64,000 nt of DNA, taken from the NCBI GenBank assembly GCA_035501255.1, contig DATJWM010000086.1, positions 8,203 to 72,202 of the forward strand, written 5' to 3'. Made by a program: the position numbers and the translations under genes. Position 1 is the first letter of the stretch. Each line of letters starts with the position of its first letter. Under the pieces are notes generated by a model. The model worked only from the letters and a program-made list of their open reading frames with translations, ran no database searches and was not told the origin of the DNA. The stretch comes from Mycobacteriales bacterium (lineage in GTDB: Bacteria; Actinomycetota; Actinomycetes; JAFAQI01). Positions 38,318 to 48,500 of this stretch are shown piece by piece.

Positions 38318-39538
38318 ATGGCCCGAAGGTCTCGCGGTCTGATCGGTATCGCTGCACTCGTGACTGTGGCCGCAGTCGCCTGCAGTTCGGGCTCGTCAGG
38401 TGGCAGCAGCCCGAGCACCACCAAGACCATCAAGATCGGTCTGCTCACCGACGTGACCGGCCTCGCGGCGTCCGGTGAACAGCACATCCAGGACGGCGTC
38501 AAGGCCGGCATCTACGCCGCCGGTCAGGACGGTTACCACATCCAGTACGTCGTCGCCGACAGTCAGACCAGTCCTTCCGCCGTTCTCAGCGCTGCGCAGA
38601 AGCTGGTCAATCAGGATCACGTCCAGGCGGTCATCGCCTCGTCGGCGTTGACCTTCGGCGCCGCACCATGGCTGGCCGCCCACCACATCCCGGTCGTCGG
38701 TGCCGCGATCGACGGGCCGGAGTGGGCGAAGTACGCCAACATGTTCTCCGTCAACGGTCCGATCGACACCACGAAGGTGACCACGCTCGGCGGGGACTTC
38801 TTCAAGCTCGTGGGCGGCACGAACGTCGGATCGCTCGGCTACGCGATCTCGCCGACCTCCGCCGAATCGGCGAAGGCGACGGCGATCTCGGCCGAGCACG
38901 CCGGGCTGAAGGCCGGCTACGTCAACGCGGCCTTCCCGTTCGGCAGCACGAACGTGCAGCCGATCGCGATCGCGATGAAGAACAAGGGCATCGACTCGCT
39001 CGCTCCGCAGGTGGACCCGAACACCTCGTTCGCGTTGATCACCGCCCTTCGCAACGAGGGCGTCGACCTCAAGGCCGCACTGTTGCCGATCGGGTACGGC
39101 GGTGACCTGCTCGACGCGGGCCCGGGCGAGAAGCAGGCGGCACAAGGGGTCTACTTCACGGTGTTCTTCCAGCCGATCGAGATGGACACGCCGGGCACGA
39201 AGTCCTTCCTCGCGAACCTCAAGGCCAGCGGCGGCACGCAGACGCCGTCGCAGCCGACGTACACCGGTTACGTGTCGGTCTTGCTTCTCGAGGCTGGGCT
39301 GAAGAACGCGGGAGCAAACCCGACGTCCACCTCCATCCTCAACGGGCTGACGAAGGTCACGTCCTTCGACGCCGGTGGTCTCGCGAACGCGCCGTACAAC
39401 CCGAGAAACCTCGCCGACGTGAGCGGACCGAACAACTGCGAATACACGGTCAAGTTCGTCGGAGACGCGTTCCAGTTGGTCAAGGGCGCGGACCCGATCT
39501 GCGGGACGGTCATTCCCGGCGAGACCGTCTCGGGATGA
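38318..39538 (+). CDS. ABC transporter substrate-binding lipoprotein, LivJ/LivK-like (type I PBP)
   Basis: Signal + lipobox 'LVTVAAVACSSG'. 'IKIGLLTDVTGLAASGEQ'. Strong SD 'AAGGGAGAGG' upstream. Confidence 0.7.
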   Translation: MARRSRGLIGIAALVTVAAVACSSGSSGGSSPSTTKTIKIGLLTDVTGLAASGEQHIQDGVKAGIYAAGQDGYHIQYVVADSQTSPSAVLSAAQKLVNQDHVQAVIASSALTFGAAPWLAAHHIPVVGAAIDGPEWAKYANMFSVNGPIDTTKVTTLGGDFFKLVGGTNVGSLGYAISPTSAESAKATAISAEHAGLKAGYVNAAFPFGSTNVQPIAIAMKNKGIDSLAPQVDPNTSFALITALRNEGVDLKAALLPIGYGGDLLDAGPGEKQAAQGVYFTVFFQPIEMDTPGTKSFLANLKASGGTQTPSQPTYTGYVSVLLLEAGLKNAGANPTSTSILNGLTKVTSFDAGGLANAPYNPRNLADVSGPNNCEYTVKFVGDAFQLVKGADPICGTVIPGETVSG

Positions 39539-39539
39539 C

Positions 39540-40238
39540 TTACGCCCGCCTGGGCGGGCGGCGGGTCCCCGGATCCGCTCGCCCGCCCAGGGCGGCGTAG
39601 CAGAACGACCACAGCCGATCGGCAATTTCCTCGACCGACTCCTCGCTGCGCGCATATTCGTAGTGGTGAAACACCGCGATGACCAGCTGGGTCACGAGCC
39701 AGGCGTCGTGATCGGCATTGCTGGGCGCGAGCAGCCCCGCCGCCGTCGCGGCCCGGATCTGCGGGAGCAGCAGATCGGTGAACGCGCTCGTCGCCTGCGC
39801 GAGCTCCTGCGGGTGAAGGCGGTGCAGGCGCCAGTGCTCGGTCGTGATGAAGCGCGAGCCACGATCTCCCTGGCCGTTATCGATCCCGCCGACGACCGAT
39901 CGAACATAGAACTCCAGGCGGGACACCGGGTCCGGTAGGTCGCGAGCCGCGAGCTCGAGCCACGCGCAGGTTTCGGAGATGAGCTCCTCGAAGACGGCGA
40001 GAAGCACTTGGTCCTTGCCTTCAAAGTGCGTGTAGAAGGTCTGGACCGCGATCCCCGCCTCCTTGACCAACTCGTGTGTGGTGAACTCGGACCCCTTGAG
40101 TACGACGAGGCGACGGGCCGCATCCACGATCTGCTGCGCCCGTTCCGCACTGCGCTGACGCGATCGCTGCACCGAGGGGGACCGGTCGGCGGCGCGTTCC
40201 AACCAGGCGGCAGCGGCAGGCTGAGGATCGCCGGTCAT
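39540..40238 (-). CDS. TetR family transcriptional regulator (last gene of the catabolic operon)
   Basis: Start at internal ATG 40236-40238, which overlaps the thiolase stop (ATGA). HTH 'AERAQQIVDAARRLVVLKGSEFTTHELVKEAGIAVQTFYTHFEGKDQVL'. Confidence 0.7.
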   Translation of the reverse strand: MTGDPQPAAAAWLERAADRSPSVQRSRQRSAERAQQIVDAARRLVVLKGSEFTTHELVKEAGIAVQTFYTHFEGKDQVLLAVFEELISETCAWLELAARDLPDPVSRLEFYVRSVVGGIDNGQGDRGSRFITTEHWRLHRLHPQELAQATSAFTDLLLPQIRAATAAGLLAPSNADHDAWLVTQLVIAVFHHYEYARSEESVEEIADRLWSFCYAALGGRADPGTRRPPRRA

Positions 40239-41434
40239 CGGTCCGGCTCCGAGGTGTAGACGACGGCTCCACCGAGGTGCGGCGAAGCGTGGCACGCGAC
40301 GCCGACGGTCGCGTCGCGACGTTGGCGCGGTCCGGCCCGCCCAGACAGCTGCAGGTAACACTCGAGCATCTGCGGAATCCCGTGCATCCGGCCGTTACCG
40401 AGCGCTCCACCGCCGGACAGCACCGGCAGGCCGCCCTCGTCCGCGTCAAGACCACCGGACAGCGCGAGCTCGTGCGCCTCGCCAACGGCGCAGTAGCCGA
40501 GACACTCGAGCCAGAAGTAGACGAACGGCGAGAATCCGTCGTACACCTGCGGAAGGTCGACCTCGTCGACAGTGACCCCGCTTGCCCGCCACAGGCGGCG
40601 CGCAAGCGCCGCACCGACTTCCATGATGTCCTCGAGTGGCCAGTGCGCCGGCAGACGGCGAGTCCGCGGCTGGCCGGCGGCGAAACCACTGACGAATACC
40701 GGCCGATGAGGAAGGTCCTTGGCGCGTTCGACCGAGGTAAGGATGAAGGCGGCGACGCCGTCAACCGGAAGGTCGCAGTCATACCGGCAGATCGGATCGC
40801 TGATCAGCGGCGCGTTGAGGTACTCGGCGCTGGCCAACGGCCGGTCGTGCCAGAACGACCAAGGGATTCGGGCGCCCTGCCGACGGGCTTCGACCAGCAC
40901 CGCGGCCATCGCTTCACGGCTCGCGCCGTACCTCTGGACGTACTCGTTGTAGGTCAGCGCGATCATCGAGATCGGCCCGAAGAAACCCTGCGGCACGGTC
41001 CACTGGAGCGGCCCGCTGACCGAGGTCATCGGGTTTCGGTGGTATTGGCCGCGCGGGTTGTGCAACGCCCGGTGCATCAGCACGTAGTCGGCGGCGCCGC
41101 TCGCCACCGCGTTGACCGCCATCGCCACCGCCCCCGGAATCTGGCCGAACCCCTGAAAACCTGCGACGTAGCTCGGGTCGGAGCCGAGATGCTGCGCCAA
41201 CCAGTTGGCCGACACGATGCTGACGCCGTCGGTGATCTCGTGCGCTCCGGCCGTCGGAAACAGACTGCCGGTGACGAATCCGTCCATGTCCGCAACCGTC
41301 AGGCCGGCGTCGGAAATGGCCGCCCGCGCCGTGTCGACGGCCAGCGCGCCGAGCGGAACCGGAGCGTGCCGGGTGATCGGACTCTGCGCGTAGCCGACGA
41401 TCGCGACCTTGTTGCGCGCCTCGAATCCGCTCAT
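40235..41434 (-). CDS. Thiolase-like lipid-transfer protein (Ltp/SCP-x type, non-decarboxylating)
   Basis: 399 aa: 'KVAIVGYAQSP', thiolase-fold C-terminus 'GGALGNGRMHGIPQMLECYLQLSGRAG'. Paired with a DUF35 gene. Confidence 0.75.
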   Translation of the reverse strand: MSGFEARNKVAIVGYAQSPITRHAPVPLGALAVDTARAAISDAGLTVADMDGFVTGSLFPTAGAHEITDGVSIVSANWLAQHLGSDPSYVAGFQGFGQIPGAVAMAVNAVASGAADYVLMHRALHNPRGQYHRNPMTSVSGPLQWTVPQGFFGPISMIALTYNEYVQRYGASREAMAAVLVEARRQGARIPWSFWHDRPLASAEYLNAPLISDPICRYDCDLPVDGVAAFILTSVERAKDLPHRPVFVSGFAAGQPRTRRLPAHWPLEDIMEVGAALARRLWRASGVTVDEVDLPQVYDGFSPFVYFWLECLGYCAVGEAHELALSGGLDADEGGLPVLSGGGALGNGRMHGIPQMLECYLQLSGRAGPRQRRDATVGVACHASPHLGGAVVYTSEPDR

Positions 41435-41856
41435 TGCGTCTCGTCCAGGGTGAAGGCGGGAATCGAGACGCCCGGCGCGACATCCTCGAAGGTCACGCGC
41501 ACGCCGGCTCCGAGCCGAAGGTCGGCTGCCGTGCCATTGACCAAGCGGGCGACCATGCGCAAGTCGGCCTGATCGGCAAGCTCGACGTCGACGAGAACAT
41601 AGGGGACCTCATCGTCAAACCCCGCAAGGAACGACTGGCGCACGACGGTCCAGGACCGAACCACCCCGCGGTGGCTCACCGGCGTGAAACAGATGCCGGC
41701 AGACGTGCTCGCGCAGGACGCGCACACGCTGTCCGGCGGAAGACTCAGAGCCCCGCACGCCGAGCAACTTGCCATCGTGAGCGTGTGCTCCGCGGCCGCC
41801 TGCCAGTAGGGCGCGGACTGCTCATCGGGAACCGGGAGCGGGCGGGCCGCGGTCAC
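41431..41856 (-). CDS. DUF35 Zn-ribbon + OB-fold protein (ChsH2 C-terminal-like partner of Ltp thiolase)
   Basis: 141 aa: 'CSACGALSLPPDSVCASC' Zn-ribbon, then an OB-fold. Start overlaps the thiolase stop region. Confidence 0.7.
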   Translation of the reverse strand: MTAARPLPVPDEQSAPYWQAAAEHTLTMASCSACGALSLPPDSVCASCASTSAGICFTPVSHRGVVRSWTVVRQSFLAGFDDEVPYVLVDVELADQADLRMVARLVNGTAADLRLGAGVRVTFEDVAPGVSIPAFTLDETQ

Positions 41857-43070
41857 GGGATCGCGCTCGCTTCCTTGAGCTGGGCGACCCGATCCCAGTC
41901 GTAGCCCAACTCGATCAGGATGGACTCGGTATGCTCACCATGCTCCGGTGCGCGGCGAAGCGCCGCAGGCCGCCCGTCGAACTGGACGGGAACGTTGGGC
42001 AAGCGGTAGCTCCCGCCGTCGTGCGCAACCTCGCCGATATAGGAGTTCGCGATCACCTGCGGATCGTCGAGCAACTCCGGCACCGACTGCACCGGCGACC
42101 ACGGCGCGTCGATCCCCGACAGGAGCGTTTTCCACTCCTCGAAGGTCCGGCCCGCGAACTCGGCGTCCAGGATGGCGACACATGCGGCGCTGTTCGTCCG
42201 CCTCGCCGCGAGGTCGGCAAACCGGCGGTCGGTCGCGAGGTCCTCGCGGCCGATCAGGGCACAGAACTCACCCCAGTAGCGATCCCCCTCCAAGAACACG
42301 AGCTGGATGTGTCGCCCGTCCTTCGTGCGATAAACGCCGACGAGCGGGTTGGGGGTCGCACCCCGGTCGGGCATGTGCATCGGACCGCTCCCGTCGAGTG
42401 CGGCGAGAACGTCCGAGGACAGCGTCCACATCGCGGTCGCGAGGAGCGACACGTCAACGATCGCGCCACGACCGTGACGCTCGCGGTTGAACAGTGCGGT
42501 CGCAATTCCGAACGCCAGCGACATGGCACCGTTGCGGTCACCCATCGCCCCGCGTTGACTGATCGGGTAATCCCGATCGTCCGGGCTCAGCATGTGCGCC
42601 AACCCCCCGCGTGCCCAGAATGCAGAGGCGTCGTAACCGGCTTGGTTGGCGTCGGGCCCACGAACTCCGTAACCGTGTCCCCGGGCGTAGATCAGCCGGG
42701 GAAAGCGTTCGAGCACCCCCGCGGCCTCAAGTCCGAGGCGTTCGAGCGCGCGCGGACGAAGGCTCGTGAGGAACACGTCCGCGGACTCGAGGAGTCGATC
42801 GAGAACCTCGCGACCGGCGTCGCGACGGATGTCGAGCGCCAGTGATCTCTTTCCCCGGTTGGCGAGCGCCATGGACAGGTTCACCCCGGCGCGGTCCGCA
42901 CCGATGCCTTGGGTGAGCAACCCTCGGTAGGGATCTCCACTGGGCGGTTCGACATGAATGACGTCCGCACCCCAGTCCGCGAGCAACGCCCCCGCGACCG
43001 GTACGAAGACCCACTGGGCGAGCTCGACGACCCGGATCCCATCGAAAGCCTCGTCGAATGACGCGCTCAT
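41853..43070 (-). CDS. CoA-transferase family III (CaiB/BaiF)
   Basis: Start at internal ATG 43068-43070 (overlaps the upstream stop, ATGA). 'GIRVVELAQWVFVPVAGALLADWGADVIHVEPPSGDPYR'. Confidence 0.8.
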   Translation of the reverse strand: MSASFDEAFDGIRVVELAQWVFVPVAGALLADWGADVIHVEPPSGDPYRGLLTQGIGADRAGVNLSMALANRGKRSLALDIRRDAGREVLDRLLESADVFLTSLRPRALERLGLEAAGVLERFPRLIYARGHGYGVRGPDANQAGYDASAFWARGGLAHMLSPDDRDYPISQRGAMGDRNGAMSLAFGIATALFNRERHGRGAIVDVSLLATAMWTLSSDVLAALDGSGPMHMPDRGATPNPLVGVYRTKDGRHIQLVFLEGDRYWGEFCALIGREDLATDRRFADLAARRTNSAACVAILDAEFAGRTFEEWKTLLSGIDAPWSPVQSVPELLDDPQVIANSYIGEVAHDGGSYRLPNVPVQFDGRPAALRRAPEHGEHTESILIELGYDWDRVAQLKEASAIP

Positions 43071-44533
43071 CCGCCACGCGCCTCGACCAGCCGGCGCCGA
43101 TTCACTTTGGTTGCTTCGCTGCGCGGCATCGACTCGACCAGCTCGATCGACTTGGGAACCTTGTACGGCGACAGTCGCCCCTTTGCATAGGTCACCACCT
43201 CGTCCAGGGTCGGCGGATCCGCCACGTCGGACGGCTCGATGATCGCGTGGACCCGCCGACCCCACTCCTCGTCGCGAAGGCCCACGACGACGACGTCGGC
43301 AATCTTCGGGTGGTCGATCAGGGCCTTTTCCACCTCAGCCGGGAACACGTTGGCCCCACCCGTGATGATCAGGTCGACCCGGCGGTCGGCGATGTAGAGG
43401 TAGCCGTCGTCGTCGACGTAGCCCATGTCGCCGACCGTGCGAAACCCGTCCGGTGTCTCGCGGAGAGCAGGAGCGTCCCCGAGATACAGCGATCCCCCGT
43501 AAGTCGCCGATCGCAGGAAGATCTCACCGATCTCACCGGCTGGCACCTCGGCGCCATCGTCACCAACGATCCTGATCTCGGTGCCCCGCATCCCGCACCC
43601 GACGCTGCCCTCGTGAGCCATCCACTCGTCTCCCCGCAACGCGGTAATGCCCACCGCCTCGGTCATGCCGTAGGCCATGATGATCCGCTCCGGCCCGATC
43701 AGTGCCGCCCACCGATGCACCAGAGACGGAGGCATCGGCGCCGCTCCCTGCTGGATCCAGACCAGACTCGACAGATCCCGGTCATCGACACCCGGCGCAT
43801 CGGCCATTCGCTGGAGCATCGTCGGAGTCGCGGTGAAGGTGGTGATCCGATGCGTCTCGATCAGCTCGATGGCCAGCGACGCGTCGAATTTCTCCATCAC
43901 CACGAGGCGATCCCCGGCCAACAAGTTGTGTAGTGCGGTGAAGGCGTTGACGTGGTACATCGGGGCGAGAACGAGGATCGTCTGGGGTCGCGGAATCGGC
44001 ATCCAGTTCTCGGCCATCGGCGTACTGAAGACCGGGTTGAACACGGCAGGTGCCGCGCTCAGGATGATCTTCGGGGTGCCGGTGGAACCGCTGCTACAGA
44101 TTCCCTGGAGATGCGGCGCGATGAGGTCGGGAAGGACCGGCGCCTCCCGACCTGCGGTCGCCGCGATCCAGGGCACGTCGTCGGTGGACAGGTAGACCTT
44201 CGGGCTGATGACCTCCCGTAGGCGGGCGAGCTCCCAGTCGGGTACATCCCAGCGCACGGGCACCGGCACGGCGCCGAGCTTCCATGTGGCGAGTGCCGCA
44301 AGGACGAACTCCGGCGAGTTTCGCAGCCCGAGACCGACGCGGTCGCCGAAACCCACGCCACGCTCGGCCAACGCGCCTGCCAGTTCGCTGGAGCGGCGGT
44401 CGAGCCAACCGTAGGAATCAATGTTCTCGTGACCGTCGAGGCCAACGTGACGGCACGCCTCCTCGTCCGGGCGCTCCCGGGCGAGCACCGCGATCCGGCC
44501 CGCCTGGCTGATCGCACCTTCGGTCAGCGTCAC
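43067..44533 (-). CDS. AMP-dependent synthetase/ligase (acyl-CoA synthetase)
   Basis: GTG start. 'SSGSTGTPKIIL' (AMP-binding), 'YGMTEA', 'GDMGYVDDDGYLYIADRRVDLIITGG', 'PKSIELVESMPRSEATKV'. Confidence 0.85.
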   Translation of the reverse strand: MTLTEGAISQAGRIAVLARERPDEEACRHVGLDGHENIDSYGWLDRRSSELAGALAERGVGFGDRVGLGLRNSPEFVLAALATWKLGAVPVPVRWDVPDWELARLREVISPKVYLSTDDVPWIAATAGREAPVLPDLIAPHLQGICSSGSTGTPKIILSAAPAVFNPVFSTPMAENWMPIPRPQTILVLAPMYHVNAFTALHNLLAGDRLVVMEKFDASLAIELIETHRITTFTATPTMLQRMADAPGVDDRDLSSLVWIQQGAAPMPPSLVHRWAALIGPERIIMAYGMTEAVGITALRGDEWMAHEGSVGCGMRGTEIRIVGDDGAEVPAGEIGEIFLRSATYGGSLYLGDAPALRETPDGFRTVGDMGYVDDDGYLYIADRRVDLIITGGANVFPAEVEKALIDHPKIADVVVVGLRDEEWGRRVHAIIEPSDVADPPTLDEVVTYAKGRLSPYKVPKSIELVESMPRSEATKVNRRRLVEARGG

Positions 44534-44534
44534 C

Positions 44535-45002
44535 TCAACCCGCCTCGCCGGACCCCACCGGCGTCAGGGCCACCACCGGAATCGACCGCTGCGTTCGCGA
44601 CTGATACACGTCGTAGTTGGGCCAGACGGACGTGACGATGGCCCACGCTCGATCCTTGTCCTCCTCCGACACGGTCCTCGCCACGACGTCGATCGAGTCG
44701 GCCTTGACCTGGATCGACGCCCGCGGCGCGGCCGAGAGGTTCAGGTACCACTGCGGGTGCATCGGCGCACCGCCCATGGACGCGACCACGAGGTAGTCAT
44801 CGCCATCACGCGCGAAGATCAGCGGGGTCGTGTAAGCCTTCCCGCTCGTGCGGCCGGTGTGGGTGAGCAGCAAACTCGGAACGCCGTTCCAGATGTATCC
44901 GACCTCGCCACCCGTCTCCTGGTAGCGACGCACGTGCTCCGCTCCCAGGAGATCGATGTTCGGCTGCTGGTAGTTAGCCTCGGTCGCCGGTCCCTCAGTC
45001 AC
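44535..45002 (-). CDS. Nitroreductase-family deazaflavin (F420H2)-dependent oxidoreductase (Ddn-like, DUF385)
   Basis: 155 aa: 'LLLTHTGRTSGKAYTTPLIFARDGDDYLVVASMGGAPMHPQWYLNL..ASIQV'. Confidence 0.75.
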   Translation of the reverse strand: MTEGPATEANYQQPNIDLLGAEHVRRYQETGGEVGYIWNGVPSLLLTHTGRTSGKAYTTPLIFARDGDDYLVVASMGGAPMHPQWYLNLSAAPRASIQVKADSIDVVARTVSEEDKDRAWAIVTSVWPNYDVYQSRTQRSIPVVALTPVGSGEAG

Positions 45003-45014
45003 TGGCTCCGCCTT

Positions 45015-46262
45015 TCAGTCGAAGACAACCGGAATCGCGGTCGCGCCGCGTTCGTAAAACCCGATCAGCCTCGGTGGCTCCGCGTCCGGGTCGAGACGCA
45101 GGTTGGGCAGCCGGTCCAGCAGCGCGTTGACGCCGGTGGTCATCTCCGCTCGGGCAACGTGCATCCCGAGGCAGATATGTGAGCCGCTGCCGAACGCCAG
45201 CGACGCCTTCGGAGGTCGGTGAATGTCGTAGGCGTCCGGGCGGTCCCAGCGGGCGGGGTCACGGTTGGCCGCGCCGAGACACAGGTGGATCACCGACCCC
45301 TCCGGGATCCGCACTCCGAAATGCTCGACGTCGCGGGTGACCCAGCGGGAGAACATCGGGTCGGTGGGCTGCCAACGCAGGCACTCCTCGATTGCCGGCT
45401 TCAGCAACGACCGATCTGCCCGCACAGCCTCGAGCACTTCAGGCCGCTGGAGCAGCGCGGTGAGCAGGATGCCCATCTGTTTCCAGGTCGTACCGGAACC
45501 CGCAGCGAGCAAGAGCAGAGCGAAGGAGTGGATCTCCGCGTCCGTCAGGCGGTGACGCGTTCCGTCCTCGTCGGTGATCTCCGCCTCGACGAGCACGCTG
45601 ATCAAATCGTCCTCGGGCTGCTCGCGGCGGGCCGCCACGATCGGCGCGACGATCGCGAGGACCTCGTCCGGGCGCCCGAGTGCCGCCCGAACGTCGAGCG
45701 CCTGGGACACCGGTATGCCGAAGCTCCCAGTGATCGTGAGCACCGGGATCGCGGCGCAGAAGTCGACGTTCAGCTCACCGCGACCCTTGCCCGCGAGCTC
45801 GTCCACGAGCAGCGAAACCGTCTGTTCGATCCAGTTCCGAATCCACCACTGCGCCTTCGCGGGGACGAACGAGGGCTGGACCAGCGTTCGATAGCGGCGA
45901 TGCTGAGCACCGTTCATCGACAGCATGCTGTTCGTGATCCCAGGGGCGGCGTCAAGGTCGACCGCCTCGGCCGACGAGGCGAACGTCTCGGAATCCCGGT
46001 ACGCCGCATCGCAGGCGGCGAAGGAAAACGCCGAGAAGTGCGGTCGGTCCGGCTCGGGTAGCCCGTGAAAGTAGAGCGTGTCGTTGACGCCGCTCAACTC
46101 GTGCACAGTGCCCACGTGGACGGGTCGCTCCTCGCGGAGGCCGGCCCAGATGGGGTACGGGTCGTCGTCGTAGGCACCGCCCAGCAACGGCATGAAGCTG
46201 CTGCGCAGATCGAACAGCTCCCGCACCCGGGCGACGTCCAGCAAACCGCTCATCTCGGTCAT
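45015..46262 (-). CDS. Cytochrome P450
   Basis: Start at ATG 46260-46262 ('MTEMSGLL', overlapping the SDR stop). 'AGSGTT' I-helix, 'ECLRW' (ExxR), heme loop 'FGSGSHICLG'. The upstream extension to 46670 is unsupported. Confidence 0.9.
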   Translation of the reverse strand: MTEMSGLLDVARVRELFDLRSSFMPLLGGAYDDDPYPIWAGLREERPVHVGTVHELSGVNDTLYFHGLPEPDRPHFSAFSFAACDAAYRDSETFASSAEAVDLDAAPGITNSMLSMNGAQHRRYRTLVQPSFVPAKAQWWIRNWIEQTVSLLVDELAGKGRGELNVDFCAAIPVLTITGSFGIPVSQALDVRAALGRPDEVLAIVAPIVAARREQPEDDLISVLVEAEITDEDGTRHRLTDAEIHSFALLLLAAGSGTTWKQMGILLTALLQRPEVLEAVRADRSLLKPAIEECLRWQPTDPMFSRWVTRDVEHFGVRIPEGSVIHLCLGAANRDPARWDRPDAYDIHRPPKASLAFGSGSHICLGMHVARAEMTTGVNALLDRLPNLRLDPDAEPPRLIGFYERGATAIPVVFD

Positions 46263-47038
46263 CGGGCGACGTACCCCCCGTCGACCGGCAGGAGGACCCC
46301 AGTGATGTTTGCGGCCCGGTCCGAGCAGAGGAAGACCGCGGCCTCGGCACAGTCCTCTGCGCGGATCGGCTTGCCTAACGGATGCGTCGAACCCACCTGC
46401 TCGGCGATCCGCTGTAGATCCTCGCCGGAGGCCTGCAGTCCACCCGCGGCCATGAAGCCGGTGAAGGGCATCCCGGCAGGGCAGATCGCGTTGACCCGGA
46501 TGCCGAACGGAGCGACCTCCACAGCAACGGCACGAGTGAGTTGATGCACAGCGCCCTTTGTCGCGCCATACACGGTGCCGCCCCATCCGACCAGGCCGGC
46601 CACCGAGCCGGTGTTGAGGATGACACCGCCGTTGCCCTGTTGTTTGAACCGGATCACTGCCTGCTTGCAACCGAAGAAAACGCCGCGGAAGTTGATCGAG
46701 GTGAGGCGTTCGAAGTCCTCAGCCGTGTGATCCTCGAGCAACGAGCCAAGCCGGGGAGTCGGCACTCCCACATTGTTGTAAAGAACGTCCAGAGAACCGT
46801 AAGCAGCGATTGCGCTATCGACAAGTGCGACAACGTCCGGCTCGGAGGAGACGTCACACTGCTGCGCGACTGCCTCACCGCCCGCATCCGCGATCAGCGC
46901 GGCGGTCTCCTTTGCGGCATCAACGTTGATGTCCGCGCACACAACCCGGGCGCCCTCGGCGGCAAACCGCAACGCTGACACGCGGCCGACACCGGATCCC
47001 GAACCGGTGATGATCGCGGATTGGTCTTTGAGCAACAC
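46259..47038 (-). CDS. SDR family oxidoreductase
   Basis: 'AIITGSGSGVGR', 'NNVG', 'YGATKGAV'. Confidence 0.85.
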   Translation of the reverse strand: MLLKDQSAIITGSGSGVGRVSALRFAAEGARVVCADINVDAAKETAALIADAGGEAVAQQCDVSSEPDVVALVDSAIAAYGSLDVLYNNVGVPTPRLGSLLEDHTAEDFERLTSINFRGVFFGCKQAVIRFKQQGNGGVILNTGSVAGLVGWGGTVYGATKGAVHQLTRAVAVEVAPFGIRVNAICPAGMPFTGFMAAGGLQASGEDLQRIAEQVGSTHPLGKPIRAEDCAEAAVFLCSDRAANITGVLLPVDGGYVAR

Positions 47039-47043
47039 GCGTT

Positions 47044-47265
47044 CTACTCCCTCGGGTCAATGCTGGAGAGCGACAGCGCACCCGTCGGGCACGACTCGAC
47101 GGCCGCACGGATGGTGTCGAGCGAGTCGTTGGGGGGCGGGAGCACGATCGCCCGCGCGTCGTCGTCCTGGTCGAACGTTGCCGGCGCCCCCAACGTGCAC
47201 ACGCCGCTACCGATGCACCGGTCTCGGTCGACCACGACCGTCCAGCCCGCGGAGGCGTCAGGCAT
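47044..47265 (-). CDS. Ferredoxin (3Fe-4S/4Fe-4S, P450 redox partner type)
   Basis: Start at internal ATG 47263-47265. 'VVVDRDRCIGSGVCTLGAPATFDQDDD..AVESCPTGALSL'. Confidence 0.75.
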   Translation of the reverse strand: MPDASAGWTVVVDRDRCIGSGVCTLGAPATFDQDDDARAIVLPPPNDSLDTIRAAVESCPTGALSLSSIDPRE

Positions 47266-48472
47266 GGGCAGGCACCGGTGGCTCGGCGGGAGTAAACCGG
47301 TAGAGCGATTCGGCGTTGCCCCGCAACAACTTGTACTGAACCTCGGGCTCGAGATGGGCGATGAGTCCCTTCGCGGTGTCGATACAGTGCGGCCAGGTCG
47401 AGTCCGAGTGCGGATAGTCGGTCTCGCACATGACGTTGTCGACGCCGATCTCATCCAGGCTCGCGATGCCGTGGTGGTCCTCGATGAAGCAGCCGTACAC
47501 GTGGTCGTGGAACAGCGCGCGGATGTCGAGGGTGTCCAGGTCGACGTCCGTGCTCGCGTGGTTCATGAACTTCTGACCCTTGGCCACCCAGTAGCGCTGC
47601 TTGTCGAGCACCTGCTCGGCGCGCTCGAGGAAGTACGGCATCCAGCCGATCTCGCCCTCCGACAAGGCGATCTTTAGCCCGGGAAACCGGGTGAACATCC
47701 CGCTGAACAACCAGGACAGCATCGCGCCCGACGTGCGAATCGCTCCCCACGCGAGGTTGGCCATGAACGGCGAGTCGGGCGCGATCTGGGGGACCTGGGA
47801 GGAGGAGCCGACGTGCATCGACGCGACCATTCCGATCTCGGACGCCGCCGCCATCACGGGATCCCAGTAGCGGCTGGGGTCGTGGATGGTCGGCAGGCCG
47901 AGTGGCGCGGGATTCTCCGAGAACGCAAAGGCGGTTGCGCCTTTGGCCGCACAGCGCTGCATCTCCGTCGCCGCGAGGCTGGGATCCCACATCGGGATGA
48001 GAATGAGCGGGATGTAGCGCCCGGGAGCGCTTGCGCACCACTCGTCGATGATGAAGTCGTTGTACGCCTGCAGGCAGACGAACCCGAATTCACGGTCGCT
48101 CGCATCCATGAACAACTGGCCGCAGAACCGGGTGACCGTCGGGAAGCACAACGAGGCGAGGATCCCCGCGCGGTCCATGTCGGCAAGACGCGCTGTTGGG
48201 TCGTAACACCCCGGCCGCATCTCCTGATAGGTCACCGGCTCCGGACTGAACTCCTCCTTGGACTTGCCGGCCACCGCCGACAACCCGGAGCTGGGGAACT
48301 TCTTCCCGTCGTAGGTCCAGTACTCGCTCTCCCCGTCCTGCACCAGGCGAGGCGCGCGATCACGGTCCTTGGCGGCCACGCGATCGACCCACAGGTGAGC
48401 GGGCTCCAGGATGTGGTCGTCCACGGAGATCAGCCAGTCGAGGTTCGGTTGCGTGGTCATCGTTGACTCCAT
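47258..48472 (-). CDS. Amidohydrolase-2 family (ACMSD-like metal-dependent hydrolase/decarboxylase)
   Basis: Start ATG 48470-48472 ('MESTMTTQPNLDWLISVDDHILEP'). 'SLCFPT', 'GIDNVMCETDYPHSDSTWP'. The upstream extension to 48757 is unsupported. Confidence 0.75.
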   Translation of the reverse strand: MESTMTTQPNLDWLISVDDHILEPAHLWVDRVAAKDRDRAPRLVQDGESEYWTYDGKKFPSSGLSAVAGKSKEEFSPEPVTYQEMRPGCYDPTARLADMDRAGILASLCFPTVTRFCGQLFMDASDREFGFVCLQAYNDFIIDEWCASAPGRYIPLILIPMWDPSLAATEMQRCAAKGATAFAFSENPAPLGLPTIHDPSRYWDPVMAAASEIGMVASMHVGSSSQVPQIAPDSPFMANLAWGAIRTSGAMLSWLFSGMFTRFPGLKIALSEGEIGWMPYFLERAEQVLDKQRYWVAKGQKFMNHASTDVDLDTLDIRALFHDHVYGCFIEDHHGIASLDEIGVDNVMCETDYPHSDSTWPHCIDTAKGLIAHLEPEVQYKLLRGNAESLYRFTPAEPPVPAHA

Positions 48473-48500
48473 CCATTCCAATTCGCCGTCAGTCTGGACC